A stretch of DNA of 63,998 nt, counting the filler, from Sandaracinaceae bacterium (lineage in GTDB: Bacteria; Myxococcota_A; Polyangia; Polyangiales; JADJQN01): the NCBI GenBank assembly GCA_947483975.1. It is 6 parts of 6 records of this genome, joined end to end, with 100 filler letters (N's around TTAATTAATTAA, not from the genome) between each part and the next. Parts side by side here need not be neighbours in the genome. Positions count along the whole stretch, not along the records: positions 22,917 to 34,259 come from CANKOL010000147.1; positions 34,360 to 45,652 come from CANKOL010000148.1; 4 more parts are not named here. One strand, given 5' to 3'. Shown in pieces: positions 28,918 through 39,571 of this stretch. The notes beneath the pieces are model-generated. The model was not told the origin of the DNA and did not search any database. It worked only from the letters and a program-made list of their open reading frames with translations. The translations under genes were made by a program, and so were the position numbers. Within the stretch, counting starts at the first letter, position 1. Each line of letters begins with the position of its first letter.

Positions 28918-29304
28918 TTAGAGCGTGCCGAGCAACGTCTCGTACGCCGCCGCGTCGAGCAGCGCGTCGAAGTCGGCCATGTTCGCGGGGCGAATCACGG
29001 CCATCCAGCCCGCGCCGTACGCGTCGGAGTTGACGGTCTCGGGCGCGCTCTCGAGCGCGGCGTTGCGCTCGACGATCTCGCCAGCGAGCGGCGCGAACAG
29101 CTCGCTCACCGCCTTGACCGACTCGATGTCGCCGAAGCGCGCGTGCGCAGCGAGCTTCGTGCCGGCTGCGGCGACGTCCACCAGGGTGATGTCGCCGAGC
29201 GCCTCGACCGCGTGCGTCGTGATGCCTACGCGGACGAGATCTCCCTCTTTGCGGGCCCACTCGTGATCGTTCGTGTACCTGAGGTCCGTCGGATTTTGCG
29301 CCAT
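28918..29304 (-). CDS. gcvH: Glycine cleavage system H protein
   Basis: YTNDHEW, IESVKAVSE lipoyl-Lys. Confidence 0.97.
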   Translation of the reverse strand: MAQNPTDLRYTNDHEWARKEGDLVRVGITTHAVEALGDITLVDVAAAGTKLAAHARFGDIESVKAVSELFAPLAGEIVERNAALESAPETVNSDAYGAGWMAVIRPANMADFDALLDAAAYETLLGTL

Positions 29305-29378
29305 CGGAGTGTCGCCTCGCTGTCTTGGTTGGAGCCGCAGTCGGAGAGTGACTGCCGAAAGGAACTGTCGAAGTAGGA

Positions 29379-30485
29379 CTAACGCGCGCGCTTGTAGAAC
29401 GGCGTCTTGACGACGACGGCGGAGATCGCCTGCCCGCGGATCTCGACCGCGAAGGTGCTGCCGATGGCGGAGAGCGCGGCGGGGACGTAGCCGAGGCCGA
29501 TGTTCTTGCCGACCGTCGGGCCGGGCGAGCCGCTGGTGACGAGGCCGATGGGCGCGCCGCCGCCCTCGGGCACGATCGGGTAGCCGTGCCGCGCGATGCC
29601 GCGACCGGTCATCTCGAAGCCGACCATCTTGCGCGTGAGGCCCGCCTCCTTGATTCGGAGGAGCGCGTCCCGACCGATGAAGTCGCGCTTGTCGAGCTTC
29701 ACGACCCAGCCGAGGCCAGCCTCGAGCGGGTTCGTCGTCTCGTCGATCTCGTTGCCGTAGAGCGAGAGGCGCGCCTCGAGGCGGAGCGTGTCGCGCGCGC
29801 CGAGGCCGGCGGGCTGAAGGCCGAGCGGCTTGCCGGCCGTGATCAGCGCGTTCCAGAGCCCGAGCGCGTCCTCGGTGCGGCAGAAGATCTCGTAGCCGTC
29901 CTCGCCGGTGTAGCCGGTGCGGGCCGCGGTCACTTCAAAGCCCGCGACGGTGTCCTTCGCGAACGAGAACGACGGCAGGGCGAGCGTCGCCTCGGACGCG
30001 CCCGCGGCGCGCATCACGTCGACGGCCTTCGGGCCCTGGAGCGCGATGAGCCCGGTCTCTTCGCTGAGGTCGCGGAACTCGCAGTGGTTCTCCGCGGCCT
30101 GCTTGAAGTGCGCGGAGATCTTCGCGAGGTTCGACGCGTTGCAGACGATGAGGACGTCCTCGAGGCCGCGCTTGTAGACGATGAGGTCGTCGAGGATCGT
30201 GCCCTCTGCGTTGCAGCAGGTCGTGTAGAGCGCCTTGCCGACGGGCAGCGCGCCGAAGTCGTTGCTGATGTGGTAGTCGGCGACCACGACGGCGTGCTGG
30301 CCGCGCAGCTCGAGCTCGCCCATGTGGCAGACGTCGAAGAGGCCCGCGGCCTCACGCACTGCTTTGTGCTCCGCGACGACGCCCGCGTACTGGACGGGCA
30401 TCTCCCAGCCAGCGAAGGGGACGATGCGGCCGCCGAGGGCGACGTGGGCTTCGAAGATGGCGGTGCGGCGGAGTTCTTGGGTCAC
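29379..30485 (-). CDS. gcvT: Glycine cleavage system T protein
   Basis: FAGWEMPVQY, FDVCHMG, RTGYTGEDG, GLGARDTLRLEA. Confidence 0.96.
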   Translation of the reverse strand: MTQELRRTAIFEAHVALGGRIVPFAGWEMPVQYAGVVAEHKAVREAAGLFDVCHMGELELRGQHAVVVADYHISNDFGALPVGKALYTTCCNAEGTILDDLIVYKRGLEDVLIVCNASNLAKISAHFKQAAENHCEFRDLSEETGLIALQGPKAVDVMRAAGASEATLALPSFSFAKDTVAGFEVTAARTGYTGEDGYEIFCRTEDALGLWNALITAGKPLGLQPAGLGARDTLRLEARLSLYGNEIDETTNPLEAGLGWVVKLDKRDFIGRDALLRIKEAGLTRKMVGFEMTGRGIARHGYPIVPEGGGAPIGLVTSGSPGPTVGKNIGLGYVPAALSAIGSTFAVEIRGQAISAVVVKTPFYKRAR

Positions 30486-30626
30486 GGTGGGCGCGACGCT
30501 ACCCGGTCCCCGGGGGGCTTTCAAGGTGTTGCTGCCGCCTGGGGCGCGAGGTTCGCGGGAGCCGACTCGCAACTCCCGCGAGGGCCACCGCGATAAGCGG
30601 CGCGGACTCTATTCATCGGAGGATTC

Positions 30627-32165
30627 ATGGAAGCTTTGATGCTCTGTTACCGCGACGAGGCGCTGCGAGAATTTCCCCTGGGGAGCACCCCGATCGAGAT
30701 CGGCAGGGCGGCGCGCTGCGACATCGTCGTGCACGACGACGCCGTCGCCGAGCGACACGCGCTGATCGTCTCGCGCGGAGGCGAGGTGCTCGTCTTCGAC
30801 CTGCGTGGGACGGGCCGCCCCAACGGCGCCTCGAGCAAGCTGCTGCCCAACGAGCCGCTCGGGCTCGGGCGGCACACGCTCGTGCGGGTTCCCGACGCGA
30901 AGACGCGCCCGCGTTCGCTCGGGACGCGCACCGAGCCGGTGGCCTTCGTCCGCTCGGACCGGGAGCCGTCCGTGCTCATCGTCGGCAAGGGCGCTGAGGC
31001 GCGGCGTCTCGCGCTCGACGGGCACCCGGTGCGCGTCGGCTCCGCGAGCGACAACGACCTCGTGCTCTACGACCGCGCCGTGAGCGCGCATCACTGCCGC
31101 CTCGAGCCGTGCGCAGAGGGCCTCGGCGTGCGCGACCTCGAGAGCCGCAACGGCACCTGGGTCGACGGACTCCGCGTCGAGCGCGCGCGGCTCAGCCTCG
31201 GGGGGCAGCTGCGCATCGGTCGCACGGACCTCGCGCTGGTCGCGCGCGGGCGGAGCGGCGACGCGCGGCAGCAGGGGCTCGTCGCGGCTTCCTCGCCGAT
31301 GCTCGCCGTGCTCGCGGACGTCGAGCGCCTCGCGCGACTCCCGTGGACGGTGTTGGTCACGGGCGAGAGCGGCGCAGGAAAAGAAGGCATCGCGCGCGCG
31401 CTGCATCAGCGGGGGCCGCGCGCGGAGCAGCCGCTCGTCGCGCTCAACGCGGGGAGCCTCACGCGCGAGCTGATCGAGAGCGAGCTGTTCGGGCACGAGA
31501 AGGGCGCGTTCACCGGCGCGCACGCGCAGCGCAAGGGCGCCTTCGAGCTCGCGGACCGGGGCACGCTCTTCCTCGACGAGATCGCGGAGCTTCCGCTCGA
31601 GATGCAGGCCCGCCTGCTGCGCGTGCTCGACTCGGGCGAGGTGCGCCGCGTCGGCGCCGGCACTCCCGTGCAGGTCGACGTGCGCCTCGTGTGCGCGACG
31701 CACCGCGACCTGCGGCAGATGGTCGCGCAGGGCACGTTTCGCCGCGACCTCTACTACCGCATCGCGCAGTGCCCGGTGGCGGTGCCGCCGCTGCGGGAGC
31801 GACCCGAGGATATCCGCGCGCTCGCCGCGCACTTCCTCGAGGACATCGAGCGCGAGGCGGGACGCCGTATGCTCACCGAGGACGCGCTCATGTGCCTGCT
31901 CGCGCACTCCTGGCCTGGGAACGCGCGGGAGCTGCGCAATGTGCTGCGCGCGGCGACGGCGCAGACCGCGTCGACGACGCTCGACCGGCTCGACGTGCAG
32001 CGCGCGCTCGTGCGCCTCGGCGGGCTCGAGGCGCTCGATGAGCTGCCGCCGAGCCCCGATGGCTTCAGCGCGGCCGTCGACGCGCACCGGGGCAACCTCT
32101 CCGCGGCTGCGCGGGCGCTCGGCATCCCTCGCTCGACCCTGCGGGACCGCATCGTGCGGCCCTGA
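30627..32165 (+). CDS. Sigma54-dependent activator with two FHA domains and Fis-type HTH
   Basis: IGR..CDI / SAHH..DLESRNGT FHA motifs; GESGAGKE, GAFTGA, FLDEI, WPGNAREL. Confidence 0.93.
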   Translation: MEALMLCYRDEALREFPLGSTPIEIGRAARCDIVVHDDAVAERHALIVSRGGEVLVFDLRGTGRPNGASSKLLPNEPLGLGRHTLVRVPDAKTRPRSLGTRTEPVAFVRSDREPSVLIVGKGAEARRLALDGHPVRVGSASDNDLVLYDRAVSAHHCRLEPCAEGLGVRDLESRNGTWVDGLRVERARLSLGGQLRIGRTDLALVARGRSGDARQQGLVAASSPMLAVLADVERLARLPWTVLVTGESGAGKEGIARALHQRGPRAEQPLVALNAGSLTRELIESELFGHEKGAFTGAHAQRKGAFELADRGTLFLDEIAELPLEMQARLLRVLDSGEVRRVGAGTPVQVDVRLVCATHRDLRQMVAQGTFRRDLYYRIAQCPVAVPPLRERPEDIRALAAHFLEDIEREAGRRMLTEDALMCLLAHSWPGNARELRNVLRAATAQTASTTLDRLDVQRALVRLGGLEALDELPPSPDGFSAAVDAHRGNLSAAARALGIPRSTLRDRIVRP

Positions 32166-32167
32166 GC

Positions 32168-32884
32168 TCAGCGCAGCGCGCGGGCGGCCTCGCGCAGGCG
32201 ACGCACGCGCAGATCGAGCAGGTCGCGGGCGACGCCGACGACGCGGCGGAGCCCCGTCGACTTGGAGAAACCCGCGCGTCTCGGGCGGCATGGGATGGTG
32301 ACGGTGCCGACCCGCAGGCGCGCGGCGAGCGCCCGAATCGGGAACTCGAAATTGAGGAAGAACGTGTCCGGCGGCAGCTGCTCGGGGACGAACAGCGCTC
32401 GGCGGAAGAGGTACGGACCGTCGCTGTGCAGGCGCACGCCGTGGACGAGGGTGATCAGCGCCCGCACGCCGGCCGAGAGCAGCTTGCGATCGAGGCCGTC
32501 GTCGCGGTGATCGTAGACGCTCAGCACCACGTCGCGGTCACCCGCGCGCTGCGCCGCGCGCAAGGTCGCGATCGCGGACGGCGGGATCTGCCCATCGGCG
32601 GGCATGAACGTCACGAAGGTGCCGCTCGCCGCGGCGACGCCCGTCTTCAGCGCGGCGCCGATGCCCCGGTTGCGCTCGTGTCGCAGGATGAGCGAGCGCG
32701 CACCCGCGAGCGCCCGCGCGGCGGCGTCGCGAGTCCCGTCCCGCGAGCCGTCGTCGACGAAGACGAGCTCCGCGCCGGGCTCGTGCTCCTCGAGCCACGC
32801 GCGCAGCTCGCCGAGCACGGCGGCGATGTTCTGCTCCTCGTCGAACGCGAACACCACGACCGAGAGGTCCTCGCCTCGCGTCAT
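32168..32884 (-). CDS. Glycosyltransferase family 2
   Basis: FVDDGSRDGT, NRGIGAA, PADGQ. Confidence 0.88.
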   Translation of the reverse strand: MTRGEDLSVVVFAFDEEQNIAAVLGELRAWLEEHEPGAELVFVDDGSRDGTRDAAARALAGARSLILRHERNRGIGAALKTGVAAASGTFVTFMPADGQIPPSAIATLRAAQRAGDRDVVLSVYDHRDDGLDRKLLSAGVRALITLVHGVRLHSDGPYLFRRALFVPEQLPPDTFFLNFEFPIRALAARLRVGTVTIPCRPRRAGFSKSTGLRRVVGVARDLLDLRVRRLREAARALR

Positions 32885-33396
32885 GGGCGCATCCGCAAGA
32901 CGCGCGCCGGCACGCCGACCGCGACCGCATACGCCGGCACATCCTCGGCGACGACCGCGCCCGCGCCGATCTGCGCGCCTCGGCCCACGGTCACGCCCGG
33001 CAGGATGATCGCGCCGATGCCGAGGTCCGCGTCGTCCTCGATCGTGACCGGCGCGAGGTCGATCGGCGCGAACAAGATCGGCGTCTCGCGCCCTGCCTCG
33101 CGGTGCGTCGAGGTCAGGATCTTCACGCCCGGGCCGATGCCGACGCGCGCCCCGATCGAGAGACCGCCCGCCGCGTGGAAGAAGCACTGTTGGCCAATCC
33201 ACGTCTCGTCGCCGATGCGCAGCGTGTTCTTGTAATAGCCCTTGAGGATCGTCTGATGGCCGACGTAGACGTTGCGCCCGAGGTGCACGTTCTCTGGGTG
33301 AAACACCAGGACGCCCTCCTCGAGCACGCAGTCCTCGCCGAGCGACGCGAAGTCCTCCGAGCGGACGCTGCCAGTGCCGTGCGTGCGATGGCGCAT
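32881..33396 (-). CDS. Hexapeptide-repeat acyltransferase
   Basis: Left-handed beta-helix repeats, GAGAVV..DVP, GVPAR. Confidence 0.9.
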   Translation of the reverse strand: MRHRTHGTGSVRSEDFASLGEDCVLEEGVLVFHPENVHLGRNVYVGHQTILKGYYKNTLRIGDETWIGQQCFFHAAGGLSIGARVGIGPGVKILTSTHREAGRETPILFAPIDLAPVTIEDDADLGIGAIILPGVTVGRGAQIGAGAVVAEDVPAYAVAVGVPARVLRMRP

Positions 33397-33478
33397 GGCG
33401 GGCGTTGTCGCACGAAACCGCGCCACCGTCAGCGGATGGTCGAGGCGGCTGACTCCGGTGTACGCTCGCGGACACCCA

Positions 33479-34259
33479 ATGCTTCCAGCTCAGGTTCAAG
33501 ACGCGCTGGCCGTTCTCTCGTCCGAAATGGCCGACGCCGAACCGGCCCGCGCGGCGGCTGTTCGGGATGCGCTCCACGCCAAATGGCGGAGCCAGGTCAG
33601 CGGGGATGGGGGGCCGCTCTCCGTGGGCGCGCGGGCTGCCGCGGACATCATCGACCGGGCGCTGCCGGCGCTGACTCGCTCGACGAGCGGCGCGGGTGAT
33701 CTGGGGCTGCTCTTCGGCGGGCCGCCGGGCGACGTCGTGTTCCTCTGGTGTGCGGCCAACGTCGCGCGGCGTGACGCGCGCCTCGCTCGCTTGCTCGCGC
33801 TCGCGCTGGCCGCTGAGGAAGCTGACCTCCGCGAGCGTGTGGTCGAGGTCGTGCGCGACCGGGTCGTGCAGGGGCCGCTGCAGGACGCGCTCGCGTGTGC
33901 GCCGCTCCTCGGCGCGGCGGACCAGATCGCGCTCCCGGAGAACGCGCAGGCGCGCGCGCGCCTCGAGATCCTGCTGTGGGAGGCCGGCGCGAGCGCGCTC
34001 GCCGTGCCCGAACTCGGCCCTTGGCTGTGGGGCTCCGAGAAGACCTTCGACGCCATGATCGCGGGCCCCGCGCATGGCTCGCTGCGCGGTCGAGTGCTCG
34101 CCGCGCGCTGCCTCGAGGTCTGCGTGCGCGGGATGCCCCCGCTGACCGACCCGCGGCTGAAGGGCCGCACTCTCCAGGTCTTGCAGCCGCTGCTGCTGCA
34201 CCCCGAGCCGCTCGTCTGGGTGCACGCCGCGCGCGCGCTCGGCCGTATGACGGGCTCGA
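33479..34259 (+). CDS. Hypothetical HEAT-like protein (3' truncated)
   Basis: Helical repeats, HPEPLVWVHAARALG; ends at linker. Confidence 0.65.
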
Positions 34260-34359
34260 NNNNNNNNNNNNNNNNNNNNNNNNNNNNNNNNNNNNNNNNN
34301 NNNTTAATTAATTAANNNNNNNNNNNNNNNNNNNNNNNNNNNNNNNNNNNNNNNNNNNN
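34260..34359. other. Artificial contig linker
   Basis: N/TTAATTAATTAA/N spacer. Confidence 0.99.
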
Positions 34360-34486
34360 CACGAGCGCGAGCAGCAGCGCGACGGCGCCCGCGGCAGCTT
34401 GGGGAGCCGAGCGCAACGCCCGCTGTCTTGGAACGTTCACGCGCCGCTCATCGCCCGCGCGCCGCGGCGGTTGCGGCGGTGCTTTT

Positions 34487-34538
34487 GGCGACGCCTTCAG
34501 CGTCGGCTACGGCGACGCCTTCAGCGACGCCTACGGCG
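34487..34538. repeat. 24-bp tandem repeat overlapping the lysC stop codon
   Basis: GGCGACGCCTTCAGCG..CTAC twice; CTACGGCG at 34507 and 34531. Confidence 0.6.
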
Positions 34539-35751
34539 CCTTGCCGAGCCCGAAGCCGTCGTGGAGCACGCGCACCGCGAGCTCGTGGTACTTGGCCGCG
34601 ATCACGCACGAGACCTTGATCTCGCTCGTCGAGATGGCCTCGATGTTGATGCCCTCGTTCGCGAGGAGGCGGAACATCCGCGAGGCGATGCCCGCGTGGC
34701 TGCGCATCCCGAGCCCGACGATGCTGACCTTGGCGATGTCGTCGTCCGAGGTCACGCCCTTGGCGCCGATCTCGCGGGCGACCTGCTCGGCGATCTCGCG
34801 CGCCTTCTGGGCGTCCGTGCGGGGCACGGTGAACGTCAGATCCGTCGTGCGGTCGGCGGAGACGTTCTGGATGATCATGTCGACGGAGATGTTCGCCGCG
34901 GCGAGCGGCTCGAACATCCGGGCGACGATGCCGGGCTCGTCGGGGAGCTGCCGGACGGTGATCTTCGTCTCGTTCTTGTCGCTGGTCACGCCCGCGACGA
35001 TCACGGCCTCGAAGGACTTGTCCTCGCCGACGACCCAGGTGCCTGGGACATCGCTGAAGCTCGACCGCACGTGCACCGGAACTCCGTACTTCATCGCGAC
35101 CTCCACACTTCGAATCTGAAGAACCTTGGCGCCGAGCGACGCGAGCTCGAGCATCTCTTCGTAGCTGATGCGGTCGATCTTGCGGGCGCTCGGGCAGACG
35201 TTGGGATCGGCCGTGTAGACGCCGTCGACGTCGGTGTAGATCTCGCAGGCGTCGGCCTTGATGGCGGCGGCGATGGCGACCGCGGTCGTGTCCGAGCCGC
35301 CGCGGCCGAGCGTCGTGATGCTGCCGTCGTCGTCGATGCCCTGGAAGCCCGCGATGACCGCGACGTGCCCCTGCTCGAGCGTCTTGCTCAGCTGGCTCGC
35401 GTCGATGGCCTTGATGCGCGCCTTGGTGAACGCGCTGTCGGTCAGGATGCGCACCTGATGGCCGAGCAGCGAGCGCGCCGGCACGCCGAGGTCGGCGAGC
35501 GCGATCGCGAGCAGCGCGCTCGTCACCTGCTCGCCCGTCGCCGCGAGCGCGTCGAGCTCACGCTCGAGCGGGCGACCCGCCATCGCGCGGCCCAAGCCGA
35601 GCAAGCGATTCGTCTCGCCGCTCATCGCGGAGACGACGACCGCGACCGAGTGTCCCTCGGCGCGCGTCGCGGCGACTCGCTTGGCGACGGCGCGAATTCG
35701 CTCGGGGTTGGCGACGCTGGTGCCGCCGAATTTTTGGACGATCAGGCTCAT
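34531..35751 (-). CDS. lysC: Aspartate kinase
   Basis: [27 protein letters not shown] domains, STSEIKVS. Confidence 0.96.
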   Translation of the reverse strand: MSLIVQKFGGTSVANPERIRAVAKRVAATRAEGHSVAVVVSAMSGETNRLLGLGRAMAGRPLERELDALAATGEQVTSALLAIALADLGVPARSLLGHQVRILTDSAFTKARIKAIDASQLSKTLEQGHVAVIAGFQGIDDDGSITTLGRGGSDTTAVAIAAAIKADACEIYTDVDGVYTADPNVCPSARKIDRISYEEMLELASLGAKVLQIRSVEVAMKYGVPVHVRSSFSDVPGTWVVGEDKSFEAVIVAGVTSDKNETKITVRQLPDEPGIVARMFEPLAAANISVDMIIQNVSADRTTDLTFTVPRTDAQKAREIAEQVAREIGAKGVTSDDDIAKVSIVGLGMRSHAGIASRMFRLLANEGINIEAISTSEIKVSCVIAAKYHELAVRVLHDGFGLGKAP

Positions 35752-36239
35752 CGGTCGCCGGGTGTGACGGAGGGGGGCGCGCCTGGCAAGCGGGCTGGCG
35801 GAGGCGCGGGGTCTGCAGGTTGGGGTTCGCGCTCGGCGGGCGGACGCTCGGCGGGCGGCGCGGGCGGCGCCTCGCCGAAATCCTCGAGCAATTTGCGCTG
35901 CAGCTTGTCGAGGATCATTCGCTCGACGTAGCTCGGCATCGCGGGGATCTGCACGATCACGCGGACGCCTTCGCGGCCCTCGACGCGCGCCGGGACGAGC
36001 TCGACCGAGCCCGGGTAGCGTCGTGCACCGTCGACATACTCGAACGTGAAGTAACCAACGTCGGCGTCGCGATCGCCGAGAGGACACCCGAGGTCGATGC
36101 GAACGAGCCGCAGGCTCGTGTTCCAGACCTTGTCGCGCGGGTAGGCGTAGTCGTTCGTAGTTCGCGCCGAGGCCGTAGCGACCGGGACGAGGAGCGAAGC
36201 CGCGACGAGGACCGTCGCGATCACGAGACGACGCAGCAT
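35748..36239 (-). CDS. Secreted hypothetical protein
   Basis: Signal peptide ASA-R, Pro-rich C-terminus; overlaps lysC start. Confidence 0.7.
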   Translation of the reverse strand: MLRRLVIATVLVAASLLVPVATASARTTNDYAYPRDKVWNTSLRLVRIDLGCPLGDRDADVGYFTFEYVDGARRYPGSVELVPARVEGREGVRVIVQIPAMPSYVERMILDKLQRKLLEDFGEAPPAPPAERPPAEREPQPADPAPPPARLPGAPPSVTPGDR

Positions 36240-36338
36240 GGGGCGGAGGCTAAGCGCGCGCCGATCGAGGGCCAAGTTTTCGGCGCGTCGCGCGCCTGAG
36301 CGGCGGGCTCGCCTTCCGAGCGAGGCGCCCTGCTCTGC

Positions 36339-37403
36339 CTACTTCGTCGACATCAGGTCGCCGAAGCGGATCTTCATCGCGTAGAGCGGCACGATGCCCG
36401 CGACGCAGATGAACAGCGCCTGCAGGCCGTACAGGAAGAAGATGTAGACGGCGCCCTGCGTCGCGACGATGTCCTCCGGAAAGTAGAGCTTCAGCGCGGC
36501 CATCACCGCGAGCTGGAAGTTGCCGAAGAGCCCCGGCCCCGCCGGCAAGAGGATGCCGATGGCGAGGATCCCCATGATCGCCACCGCGTGCCCGAAGCTC
36601 ATCGGCAGCCCGCAGCCCCACGCGAGCAGCCACATCCCGGCGGCGTTGAGCGTCCAGTAGAGGAGCGTCTCGGCGAGGAATCCTGCGCCGAGGCGCGGGT
36701 TGCCGATCGAGCGGAGGCCATCGGCGACGCCGTCGATCTTCGACGCGAGGACGGTCGCGAGCTTCTTCGAGACGAGCCCGACGGTCTTCTCGACGAGCGC
36801 CGTCGCGAGCTTGCGCTGCCAGAGGAACAGCGCGAGCGCGATGAACGCGCCGCTGAACACCGTCAGCGCGAGGATGCCGTACGCCGGGACGTGCCTGGCG
36901 AGCGGATCGTCGGTGTGCAGGTGCGGCAGCGCGAACACGGCGAAGGCGACGCAGAGGCTCGTGACGAGCCCGTCGAGGACGCGCTCGACGGCGACGGTGC
37001 CGAAGCCGACGCTGATCGGGATGCCCTCGCGCATCTTGCTGAGCGCGGGGCGCGCGAGCTCGCCGAGCCGCAGCGGCATGACGAAGATGGCGAAGAAGCC
37101 GATCCAATTGAGCCCGATCACGGTGCGGAGCGGCACGTCTTTGATCGGCGCGACGAGGAAGCGCCAGCGGCTCGCGCGGACCCAGGTCGTCGCGAAGAGC
37201 ACGACGAGGTACGCCGGGAGCGTCCACCAGATGACGGCGCGGAACGCCGACGCGGGCGGGACGAGCGGCACTCCGCCGCGCGCGACGAGCCACGCGAAGA
37301 GCGCGCCGAGCAGGAGCGAGACGATGAGCTTCGGCAGGAGGCGACGCGCGAGGGACGCCTCCTGCGGCGGGGCGCTCTCGATGGACGGGCTAGCAGAGCT
37401 CAT
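36339..37403 (-). CDS. Lysylphosphatidylglycerol synthase TM (UPF0104) flippase-like membrane protein
   Basis: RASRWRFL, PLRLGELAR, ERVLDG, PAGPG.FG.F. Confidence 0.88.
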   Translation of the reverse strand: MSSASPSIESAPPQEASLARRLLPKLIVSLLLGALFAWLVARGGVPLVPPASAFRAVIWWTLPAYLVVLFATTWVRASRWRFLVAPIKDVPLRTVIGLNWIGFFAIFVMPLRLGELARPALSKMREGIPISVGFGTVAVERVLDGLVTSLCVAFAVFALPHLHTDDPLARHVPAYGILALTVFSGAFIALALFLWQRKLATALVEKTVGLVSKKLATVLASKIDGVADGLRSIGNPRLGAGFLAETLLYWTLNAAGMWLLAWGCGLPMSFGHAVAIMGILAIGILLPAGPGLFGNFQLAVMAALKLYFPEDIVATQGAVYIFFLYGLQALFICVAGIVPLYAMKIRFGDLMSTK

Positions 37404-38131
37404 GTGTCGATGGTTCCCTCGAGGATGCTGCGCGGTCCTTCGGCGAGCAGCTCCTGTGCCTCTTCTTTGCCGACCAGGCGCTCGAGGCGCGCGATCGCGT
37501 CAGCGACGACGTCGACGTCCTGCGGCTTGTGCGCGTCGCTGCACGCCGCGAAGTAGACGCCCTCGTCGAGCATGCGCTCGGCCGCGCGCTTCGGGGCGCT
37601 GCCGTACTTGCCGGTCAGCGACATCAGATCGAGCAGCGGCAGCACGCCCATGTCGAGCATGCGCTCGATGCCGTCGCTCTTCTGGTAGAGCGGCGAGTAG
37701 CGCTCCGGGTGCGCGAGCACGGGCGTCACGCCCTTGCGCTGCATGGCGAAAAACCGCTCCTCGACGCGCGGGATCAGCTCCGGCGGGAACTCGATCAGCG
37801 CGCCGAAGCCGCCGGGATAGCGCATCGACTCGCCCGCGGTGAAGAGGTCCCAGAAGACGTCGTCGCACCAGTGCTCGGCGGCGAGCCCCGTGTGCGGCAG
37901 CTGACCTGCGGCGGCGGCGAACTCGGGCGAGGCGAGGAGCCCGTCGTACGCGGCGCGGAGCCCCGCGGGACGATTCTCGAACATCGCCGTGCGGATGTGC
38001 GGCGTCGCGACGACGAGGTCGTAGCCTATGCGGCGCAGGCCCGCGAGCAGCGCGAGCCCGTCGGCGGCCGTCCGCACGCCGTCGTCGATGGCGGGCAGAT
38101 AGTGACAGTGCAGATCGACGTAGCCCTTCAC
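37400..38131 (-). CDS. PHP-family protein-tyrosine phosphatase (CpsB/CapC-like)
   Basis: DLHCH.LP.IDDG, ATPH, AHPERY, SDAH. Confidence 0.92.
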   Translation of the reverse strand: MKGYVDLHCHYLPAIDDGVRTAADGLALLAGLRRIGYDLVVATPHIRTAMFENRPAGLRAAYDGLLASPEFAAAAGQLPHTGLAAEHWCDDVFWDLFTAGESMRYPGGFGALIEFPPELIPRVEERFFAMQRKGVTPVLAHPERYSPLYQKSDGIERMLDMGVLPLLDLMSLTGKYGSAPKRAAERMLDEGVYFAACSDAHKPQDVDVVADAIARLERLVGKEEAQELLAEGPRSILEGTIDT

Positions 38132-38156
38132 GACGGCCGGACCTTCGCACCGACCG

Positions 38157-39527
38157 TCACGGGGCGCCCTTGCCCGCCTCGTCGATCAGCGCGAGGAGCG
38201 TGTCGCGGTCGTTGAGCGCGGGCGTCTCGAGGACGCGCTCGAGCAGGAGCTCGAGCACCTCGCCGATGCGGCGGCTCGGCTTGATCGCGAGGCGCTGCAT
38301 CACGTCCTGACCGTTGACGGCGAGGTCGCGCGTCGACAGCGCGCTGCCCGCCGCGAGGACGCCGTCGATCCGCGTCTGCAGGCGCGCGAGCCCGTCGAGC
38401 TCGGCGTCGACGGGGCGCCCCTTGCCGAGCGCGTCCGCGCGCGCGAGCCGGAGCAGATCGCCGAGGCGATCCTTGCCGACGCGCCTGACGAAGCGCCGCA
38501 CGCCCGCGTCGCTCCACTCGTCCGAGTAGCAGACGAGGTGGCTGCGGATCAGGTGCACGACGCGCTCGCGCTCCTCGTTGCTGAAGCGGTAGGCGCGCAG
38601 CCAGCGATCGGCCATGTCCGCGCCGACGGTCTCGTGGTTGTAGAACGTGAAGTCCTGCGTCTTGTCGCTGAACGCGCGCGTCTTCGGCTTGCCGAGGTCG
38701 TGCAGGAGCCCCGCGACGCGCAGCACGGGGTCGCCCTCGAGCGCGTCGAGCGTCTCGAGCGAGTGCTCCCACACATCGAACGAGTGCCACTTGTTCTGCG
38801 TGCAGCCGACCTGAGTGGCGAGCTCCGGCGAGGTCACGCCGAGGATGCCCGTCTGCGCCATCACGCGAAACGCGCGCGACGGGCGCTTGGCCTTCATCGC
38901 CTTGATCCACTCGTCGCGGACGCGCTCCGGCGAAACGCGGCGAAACGTGTCGAGCGTCAGCGGGATCGCCGCCGCCGTCGCCTCGTCGAGGTCGAACTCC
39001 AGCGTCGCGACGAAGCGCGCCGCGCGGAGCACGCGCAGCCCGTCCTCGGAGAAGCGCTCGAGCGGGTTGCCGACGGCGCGCAGCAGGCGCCGGGCCATGT
39101 CGACGCGCCCGCCGAACGGATCGACGAGCTGATCGTCGAGCGGGTCGTAGGCGATCGCGTTCACGGTGAAGTCGCGGCGCGCGAGGTCGTGCTCGATGTC
39201 GTCGACGAAGTGCACGGAGTCCGGGCGGCGCCCGTCGGTGTACGCGCCCTCGCCGCGCAGGGTCGTCACCTCGTAGTGCACGCCGCCGAGCAGCACGGTG
39301 ACGGTGCCGTGCTCGATGCCCGTCGGGATCACGCGCTTGAACGTGCGCTGCACCTGCTCGGGGAGCGCCGAGGTGCACACATCCCAGTCGCTGACGGTGC
39401 GCTCCGCGAGCAGATCGCGGAGGCAGCCGCCGACGATCCACGCGCGGTGCCCGGCGTCCCGAAGGCGCCGACAGAGCTCGAGGACCGGGGGCGGGATGCT
39501 GCCTGCAGGGACTTCAGCGAACGTCAC
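38157..39527 (-). CDS. cca: CCA tRNA nucleotidyltransferase with HD domain
   Basis: VGGCLRD, DWD, RRDFTVNA, EDGLR.LR, HDLGK. Confidence 0.92.
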   Translation of the reverse strand: MTFAEVPAGSIPPPVLELCRRLRDAGHRAWIVGGCLRDLLAERTVSDWDVCTSALPEQVQRTFKRVIPTGIEHGTVTVLLGGVHYEVTTLRGEGAYTDGRRPDSVHFVDDIEHDLARRDFTVNAIAYDPLDDQLVDPFGGRVDMARRLLRAVGNPLERFSEDGLRVLRAARFVATLEFDLDEATAAAIPLTLDTFRRVSPERVRDEWIKAMKAKRPSRAFRVMAQTGILGVTSPELATQVGCTQNKWHSFDVWEHSLETLDALEGDPVLRVAGLLHDLGKPKTRAFSDKTQDFTFYNHETVGADMADRWLRAYRFSNEERERVVHLIRSHLVCYSDEWSDAGVRRFVRRVGKDRLGDLLRLARADALGKGRPVDAELDGLARLQTRIDGVLAAGSALSTRDLAVNGQDVMQRLAIKPSRRIGEVLELLLERVLETPALNDRDTLLALIDEAGKGAP

Positions 39528-39571
39528 GGGTCACCACACGAGAGAAGGCGAGCGAGCGGCGCTCCGAGCGG

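Noticed and set aside
30486..30626. Glycine riboswitch upstream of gcvT
   Set aside because: Only a simple hairpin (TCGCGGGAG/CTCCCGCGA); the conserved GGAGA/GAAG/CAGG aptamer elements were not found
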